From Coprothermobacterota bacterium (GTDB lineage: Bacteria; Coprothermobacterota; Coprothermobacteria; Coprothermobacterales; Coprothermobacteraceae): a DNA stretch of 64,000 nt. Below the pieces are notes generated by a model that was not told the origin of the DNA, made no database searches, and saw only the letters and a list, made by a program, of their open reading frames with translations. The position numbers and the translations under genes were made by a program. The stretch spans positions 32,001 through 96,000 of the forward strand of contig JAZIGN010000003.1 in the NCBI GenBank assembly GCA_036679065.1, in the 5' to 3' direction. Shown here in pieces: positions 58,236-64,000 of the stretch. Within the stretch, counting starts at the first letter, position 1; the number at the start of each line of letters is the position of its first letter.

Positions 58236-58838
58236 TCAAACCACTTTTATCCTTTCTTCTTCTCCCCACTGCAGTGACATGTTACCTTTGGCTGCCAGCT
58301 GCTCAACGTCATCCTTTCGTGCCACATCCACCCATCCCTGCATGATCACCTGCTCCTGAAACAATGCCTCAGGTTCACTAACAAGTCGTGCTAAGTCCTC
58401 GTACAGCTTTCCGTAAGCCTCATAGTCCAATTGCAGTAATGCGCGGCACTGGTGCACCACAGTACCTTTGGAAGCTTGTTCCAAGGTTTTCCTCGCCACT
58501 GAGTTGTAGGCATCGATGAGGCCTTTAACCCCAAGTAGTATGCCGCCAAAATACCTCACCACAACCACCATAACATAATCCAACCCACTGCTTCTTATGG
58601 CGTTCAAAACTGGTGTCCCCGCACTTCCACTGGGCTCTCCTGCATCACTGGAGAACATTACCTCTCCCATTTTATATGCCCATACCCAGTGCGTGGCTTT
58701 AGGATGCTTTGCCTTTACATCCTGCAGAAAATCATGCACTTCCTGATCTGTAAAAACGGCTTTTGCGTAACCAATGAACTCAGAACGCTTTATGACTTCC
58801 CTGTAAGAAGCCAAACCCTTTACTGATTTAACGTCCAG
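58236..58838 (-). CDS. yigZ: YigZ/IMPACT family protein (start uncertain, possibly CTG at 58838)
   Basis: IKRSEF, ATHWVWAY, DAGEPSGSAG, RYFGGILLG. Confidence 0.85.
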   Translation of the reverse strand: MDVKSVKGLASYREVIKRSEFIGYAKAVFTDQEVHDFLQDVKAKHPKATHWVWAYKMGEVMFSSDAGEPSGSAGTPVLNAIRSSGLDYVMVVVVRYFGGILLGVKGLIDAYNSVARKTLEQASKGTVVHQCRALLQLDYEAYGKLYEDLARLVSEPEALFQEQVIMQGWVDVARKDDVEQLAAKGNMSLQWGEEERIKVV

Positions 58839-59056
58839 AGGTGATAACCCCTTTCTTCACAGTTTGCAAGATCGCTCCGCCATTATGATGAAGTAATAAT
58901 AATAAATGAAAAGTAGCGATTGCTTTATCCACAAACATTTTACCTATTTACTGCCTACGTTGGTAACCGTTAATGACAAGAGAGCGGCATTACACAAGGA
59001 ATACCCATGAAAAGCACTCCTGCCTTTCCCAACGCTTCACATGATAGACTACTCTC

Positions 59057-60418
59057 ATGAGTGCACAAGACCAAATGATTCATGGTGACCCCAAAAAAGT
59101 AATTTGGTCCATGTCCCTTCCTAACATGTTGGGTTCATTGCTTTCCAACACCCTGCCTGCAGTAGAGCTAGCGCTCATCGCAGACTTGGGAACGAACGCA
59201 ATAGCCGCCATGGGCATTGTGGGGATGTTGGTCAGCCTGATATACGTTTACAACGAGGTCTGGGGCACAGGTTCTGTCATAGTCATGGCAAACTATTTGG
59301 GCAGGAAGGAATACGAAAAAGCAAGACTTGCCCTGAAAGAGACCACTTATGGCAAATTCTTCGGAGCACTAATAATGGTACTGCTGTGCCTTCCCTTTCT
59401 TGAACCGCTACTTGCTCTGCTGGGTGCAAAACCACAGATTATGGTTCACGCCAAAGCGTATGCGTTGCCTTTCTTGCTGGGCATACCTTTCTCAATGGCT
59501 GGCTACTCCTCGTACACTTTCTTTAGAGCTACCGGGCAAACAATTTGGGCCATGTGGTTTATGCTACTACAGACTGCACTCAACATTGCCTTGGACTTTT
59601 TTCTTATTTTGGGTTTTTGGATCTTTCCAAAACTTGGTCTGGCAGGTGCTGGCTGGGCTTATCTGATCAGCTGGGTCATATCAGACATCGCAGCATTCAT
59701 GTTTATCACAACACCCAAGTATGAACTCCCCACCAACGTGTTCAAAGACATAAAGTTCACAGAAGTGGGGGGAGAGGTATTCCGCATTGGGTTCTATGCT
59801 GGGCTTAGCAATCTTTCCACGGTTGGTGTGAGCGTGATCACACAGAGGATCATAAACGCCGTTTCCATACCAGTGTTTTCCGCTTACCAAGTATTTAACC
59901 GCATTGTGCAAATACCCAACACAGTAGTTTCTTCAATCTCCCTCATGTCAACGCCCATCATGGCACAAAATGTGGGTGCAAAACTTCATGACCGGGTAAA
60001 AGCGTTTGTGGATTACTGCTTTCAAATAGGCGTGTACTTTTTGGGTGCATTTGCCGTCATATGCCTTGTTTTCCCCGGTGCCATACTGACATTGTTCCGC
60101 GTAAAAGACCCCACATTGGTACCACTGGCAGTTTCAGCCTTAAGGATAATGGCTTTCGTTCCGCTGATGAGCTACATAACCTCCATTTATGTTAGCTACT
60201 TCCAAGCATACAACAATACTAAATTGCCTTTCATTCTAAATAGCATTGCTCAATGGTTGTTTTACGCGCCACTACTGTACCTTCTCCTCATGGTCATTAA
60301 AGTGTCACCTGCCACGGCCTTTTGGATTAGCACTGCCAACAGTTTGCTGGTTCTCGTACTTCACTGGTACTACTACAGAGCCCACCGTAGATTAATTGAA
60401 AACCATTTCTTCGATTAG
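59057..60418 (+). CDS. MATE family efflux transporter
   Basis: Twelve TM segments; LNIALD, PKLGLAGAGWA, AQNVGA. Confidence 0.88.
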   Translation: MSAQDQMIHGDPKKVIWSMSLPNMLGSLLSNTLPAVELALIADLGTNAIAAMGIVGMLVSLIYVYNEVWGTGSVIVMANYLGRKEYEKARLALKETTYGKFFGALIMVLLCLPFLEPLLALLGAKPQIMVHAKAYALPFLLGIPFSMAGYSSYTFFRATGQTIWAMWFMLLQTALNIALDFFLILGFWIFPKLGLAGAGWAYLISWVISDIAAFMFITTPKYELPTNVFKDIKFTEVGGEVFRIGFYAGLSNLSTVGVSVITQRIINAVSIPVFSAYQVFNRIVQIPNTVVSSISLMSTPIMAQNVGAKLHDRVKAFVDYCFQIGVYFLGAFAVICLVFPGAILTLFRVKDPTLVPLAVSALRIMAFVPLMSYITSIYVSYFQAYNNTKLPFILNSIAQWLFYAPLLYLLLMVIKVSPATAFWISTANSLLVLVLHWYYYRAHRRLIENHFFD

Positions 60419-60509
60419 CCTTTCTTTAGGTTAGCACCCTGCATAATTGGGTATAACAAAAAAGAATCCACGTTATGCCACTAGAAGCAGGCACTTAGGA
60501 GGTGATACA

Positions 60510-62534
60510 TTGCAAGCTTTTGCTCATTTTGTAGTGAAGAACCGCAAATGGGTGATCGCAGTGTACTTGGTCTTGGCTTTACTATCCTTCTTTGCGATGC
60601 AGAACCGTGGTATGAACTACGATATAACCAGTGCCTTACCCAAGGACGTACCATCCATCGAAGCCATGCAAATACTCACTGATCAAATGCAGGTGGGAGA
60701 GTCCATAACCATCTATTGGAAAGATGGAAGCTTAAAAGACGTAGCTGCAGCCGTTGAAAAGATAAAAGAGATACCCAAGGTGATCAACGTATCCTGGCTT
60801 GGAACGGTGGTTGATCCTGCCACACCCCAAGAACTTTACCCGGATGAAGCAAGCAACTGGGTAAAAGGAAATGACTTTAATGTGGTAATTCAAACCACAG
60901 CTACTACTGGAGAAGTGAGCCAGATCACAAGTGAGCTAAGAAGTTTCTTGCCCAGCAATGCCCACATCATATCCAGCGATGTTCAGCTGGAAGAAGTAGA
61001 GAAGTACTTCTCAGGAAAGCCCATGCTTTACTTCGGCCTGGGTTTGCTCTTTGTGTTCCTGTTTTTGCTCTTCTACTTTGATAAACCACTCACACCCATA
61101 CTCATTGTTGTTTCCATGGCAGTTGGCGTGCTACTCAATTTAGGGATTTCCGGACTCCTTAGACAAAGTACGTTCTATTTGGTCACCATCATAGTGGAGG
61201 TACTTCAGCTGGCTGTATCTTATGACTACGCTCTGTTCTTGTATCACCGGTACGAGGAAGAAAGAAAAACTCACCCTGATGATGAAAGCATGGAGATGGC
61301 CTTAGTAGCTACTATCAAAGCTATTTCCTTATCCGCTCTAACTACGGTGGCAGGATTCTTTGCCCTAACCTTCGCCACCTTGACCATTAGTCAGGACATC
61401 GGTTGGCTACTTCTACGCGGTGTGGCCTTGTCTTTCCTGGTAAGTATTACTTTATTGCCGGCACTGCTTCTCACCTTCGAAGGCAAACTAACATGGAAGA
61501 CACTCAACGTGGAAGGTATCGTAGCAAACATTGCAGCAAGCGTTGAAAAGGCGATTACGCCACTTTTTGTGGTCCTTCTCATCATTTTGGTGCTGGGATT
61601 CTGGGGTGGCAGCCGAACCGAGATAACTTATGCCAACGACGTATTCATACCAAGCCAACTGACTACCATAAAACTGCAGCAGGAATACCAAAAGGAATTC
61701 CAGAATTACGATACCTGGATGGTACTGCTGGACAAGAACACAAACTACACACCGGCACTTCAAGAAATCAATAAGCTGAGCTTGGTGCAGAGCGTGCTTA
61801 ATCCAGCTACTATGTTGGATCAAGCCATACCTCAGGAGATGCTGCCTTCGTCAGTACTCAGCTCTTTCTCCAATGATAAGTATGTTTACGCCATTGTGAA
61901 TACAAAAGTGAAGCCGGACACACCCGAAGCTGAGCAGCTCAGGAAAGAAATTGAGAGCATACTCGCCTCTGTTCCCGGAAAGAACTATGTAACAGGGTTG
62001 TCCATAGCTATTGACGACATAAAGCGTATAAGTGTGGAAGACAGCACAAAAACCGGTTTGCTGACGTTAATCTTCATATTCGTCATCTTGTTAGCTGGTT
62101 TCAGAAACGTGTGGCTGTCCTTGGTACTCATAGGCGTGATCGAGGCTGCTGTTCAGTTCAACCTGTGGGCAGCTGGGTGGTTCCAGGCAGTCACCTTCAT
62201 GGTGCCCATTACATTGTCCACTGTGCAACTGGGTTCCACCATTGACTACGCAGTGCTATCTGCTACACGTTTTGAAGAAGCGGTAAGAGAAGGGAATGAG
62301 AACCCCTTGGATGTGACCATCAGAGGTGCTTCCCCATCCATATTTGTCAGTGCTGGAACGTTCTTCCTGATGAGCCTGCCTTCTGCAGTCCTCAGTGACA
62401 TTCCAGGATTAACCCAAATCATGGGTGGACTAGCCAGAGGAGCACTCATCTCTGGACTAATTGCGGTATTCTTACTCCCTACCGTATTCAAGGTATTCCA
62501 GCACATCCTTTTTGGAAGGAGTGTGAAAGCATGA
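60510..62534 (+). CDS. MMPL/RND family transporter
   Basis: Duplicated MMPL halves with AVSYDYALFL and GSTIDYAVL; AGGAGGTG SD before the TTG at 60510. Confidence 0.88.
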   Translation: MQAFAHFVVKNRKWVIAVYLVLALLSFFAMQNRGMNYDITSALPKDVPSIEAMQILTDQMQVGESITIYWKDGSLKDVAAAVEKIKEIPKVINVSWLGTVVDPATPQELYPDEASNWVKGNDFNVVIQTTATTGEVSQITSELRSFLPSNAHIISSDVQLEEVEKYFSGKPMLYFGLGLLFVFLFLLFYFDKPLTPILIVVSMAVGVLLNLGISGLLRQSTFYLVTIIVEVLQLAVSYDYALFLYHRYEEERKTHPDDESMEMALVATIKAISLSALTTVAGFFALTFATLTISQDIGWLLLRGVALSFLVSITLLPALLLTFEGKLTWKTLNVEGIVANIAASVEKAITPLFVVLLIILVLGFWGGSRTEITYANDVFIPSQLTTIKLQQEYQKEFQNYDTWMVLLDKNTNYTPALQEINKLSLVQSVLNPATMLDQAIPQEMLPSSVLSSFSNDKYVYAIVNTKVKPDTPEAEQLRKEIESILASVPGKNYVTGLSIAIDDIKRISVEDSTKTGLLTLIFIFVILLAGFRNVWLSLVLIGVIEAAVQFNLWAAGWFQAVTFMVPITLSTVQLGSTIDYAVLSATRFEEAVREGNENPLDVTIRGASPSIFVSAGTFFLMSLPSAVLSDIPGLTQIMGGLARGALISGLIAVFLLPTVFKVFQHILFGRSVKA

Positions 62535-64000
62535 AAAGCAAAAAACTTGTAGCCCTTGCGGCCATATTGGCGCTGGCTTTCCTGCCCCTAAATGCTAATG
62601 CAGCACCCACTGTGTCCGATTATGAGAACGTGTATGTGATTCAAAACAGCGCAGGAGAAGTAAAGAAAGTTATTTCAGTGGACTGGCTTAGAGTGGAAGG
62701 AGAGGGACCTTTCAGCATCTTAGACCCCGTTGAGGGGGCACAATCACCGCAGATCCTCATCGGTGATGCCACTATTACTCAAAGCGATATGGGGCTAACC
62801 ATAAAAGGAGATTCCAGCGGTGTAGCTGATGTTTTCTACAGAACTGACCTGCAGAAGGAGCTTCCATTCTCCTTGAAACTGAACGTACTGTTAAATGGTG
62901 AAGAAGCTACCTTGAATGATCTTGATGAAGCCACAGGAAAAGTGGAAATTGGCGTGGAATTCATGAATTACTACAAACAGCAGGATACTTACTTGCCATG
63001 GTTGGTTAACGTAAGCCTCACCTTGGATGGCCCTTCTGTGAAAGATGTTACAGTCAGCAGTGGTAACGTGAGCTACGTGGGGTCAAAAGCCATGGCCACC
63101 TTGATGATGCAGGCATTGGGTGAAAGGACGACAGCCACTATAAGTTACGAAGCGATGAAAAAGAGCAGCCCTTCCTTATCCATAAGTGTAGTTCCTACGC
63201 TCATGGCCATAGAACTGCCTGACATGTCCAACCTTAAAGACATGGCAAAAGCATTAGATGGCATTGCAAAAGGCATAGATGGCTACAGCGAGGCACTAAC
63301 CAAGATGGCCAACTCCATAAAAACTGACATGGACCTAAGCAGTTTGGAGAATGTTACTCTTCTGTTGGATGCCTATGGACAAATACTAAGTCAGATGTAT
63401 CAGCAACTAAACCCCGAGCAGATTGCGATGCTTCCCAAGGCAGCAGAAGGGCTAAGCACTCTTCAACAACCGCTCCAGCAGACAGCTTCTGCTTTAGACC
63501 AATTAGGCTCATTGGTTGACGCTTACATGGAGCTCGCTTCCCAAAGCTTAACCATAAATCAGCAAGTAACCAACGCCTTGGCAATGCAGCCGCAGCTTCA
63601 GGGCAAGGAGCAGCTTCTCCAACTCATGGGCCAGCAGCAAATGTTACTTCAAGCAATGACTCAGGGTGCAACTTTGCCAGTCGGATTTGTTCCGCCTTTG
63701 TCCACTCTAAAACAATCCATTGTTCAGCTAAGTCAAGGAAGCCTTCAGATGGCACAAGCTTTGCAGCAAACAGCCAGCCAGATGGCAATGCTAAAAGATT
63801 TAAGTAACGGATTGCTGGCTATGCGCAGCACATTAGGAGTCATGGTCAATGGCGGTACACTGCAAGGTAAGACCTTACCACCCATAGCACAGGTTAGCGG
63901 CGAGCTGAAAACTGGCATTAGCACCATGCAAAAACAACTCAGCCAAGGCATGCTTGACTTGAAATCTGCCCTTACTACGTTGGTTAAAGGTGGAACCATA
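62531..64000 (+). CDS. exported YhgE/Pip-like heptad-repeat protein, 3'-truncated by window edge (absent from ORF track)
   Basis: The ATG overlaps the MMPL stop. It reads MKSKKLVALAAILALAFLPLNANA (signal peptide), then ENVYVIQNSAGEVKKVISVDWL, and appears open and Q/L/A-rich helical to the window end. Confidence 0.75.
   Translation, partial: MKSKKLVALAAILALAFLPLNANAAPTVSDYENVYVIQNSAGEVKKVISVDWLRVEGEGPFSILDPVEGAQSPQILIGDATITQSDMGLTIKGDSSGVADVFYRTDLQKELPFSLKLNVLLNGEEATLNDLDEATGKVEIGVEFMNYYKQQDTYLPWLVNVSLTLDGPSVKDVTVSSGNVSYVGSKAMATLMMQALGERTTATISYEAMKKSSPSLSISVVPTLMAIELPDMSNLKDMAKALDGIAKGIDGYSEALTKMANSIKTDMDLSSLENVTLLLDAYGQILSQMYQQLNPEQIAMLPKAAEGLSTLQQPLQQTASALDQLGSLVDAYMELASQSLTINQQVTNALAMQPQLQGKEQLLQLMGQQQMLLQAMTQGATLPVGFVPPLSTLKQSIVQLSQGSLQMAQALQQTASQMAMLKDLSNGLLAMRSTLGVMVNGGTLQGKTLPPIAQVSGELKTGISTMQKQLSQGMLDLKSALTTLVKGGTI

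Noticed and set aside
1..64000. tRNA, rRNA, IS/transposase, integrase, riboswitch
   Set aside because: None recognised. Intergenic gaps are short and mostly explained by promoters and terminators; an Rfam/tRNAscan run would be needed to exclude them fully.

Overview
This is a bacterial chromosomal window with moderate GC. The gene content fits a fermentative, proteolytic anaerobe; Coprothermobacter-like is my inference and is not verified. In order, it contains: (1) a housekeeping operon (tRNA thiolase-like, DppA D-aminopeptidase, hypothetical, MobB-like); (2) an ~8.7 kb minus-strand defence island, a Type I restriction-modification operon (hsdM-X-mrr-hsdS-hsdR-M48) with a Schlafen/AlbA_2-GHKL-wHTH gene and a Type IV Mrr nuclease between hsdM and hsdS; (3) a polysaccharide deacetylase and the pur operon (purECSQLFMNHD); (4) a four-carbon acid-sugar catabolic operon; (5) a multimeric [FeFe]-hydrogenase cluster with a kinase/PHP/DRTGG/sensory-hydrogenase module; (6) arsR with a frameshifted P1B ATPase; (7) metabolic and transport genes (PMM/PGM, fprA, mgsA, ltaE, gdhA, chromate transporters, MATE, MMPL). 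The strongest candidate novel system is the Schlafen-plus-Mrr augmented Type I R-M locus. Other signals are an unannotated 34-aa protein, two apparent non-canonical start codons (ACG, CTG), several leaderless-looking genes, TRD-flanking repeats in hsdS and candidate operators. I recognised no rRNA, tRNA, CRISPR array or IS element. All calls come from reading motifs by eye; no database search was run.
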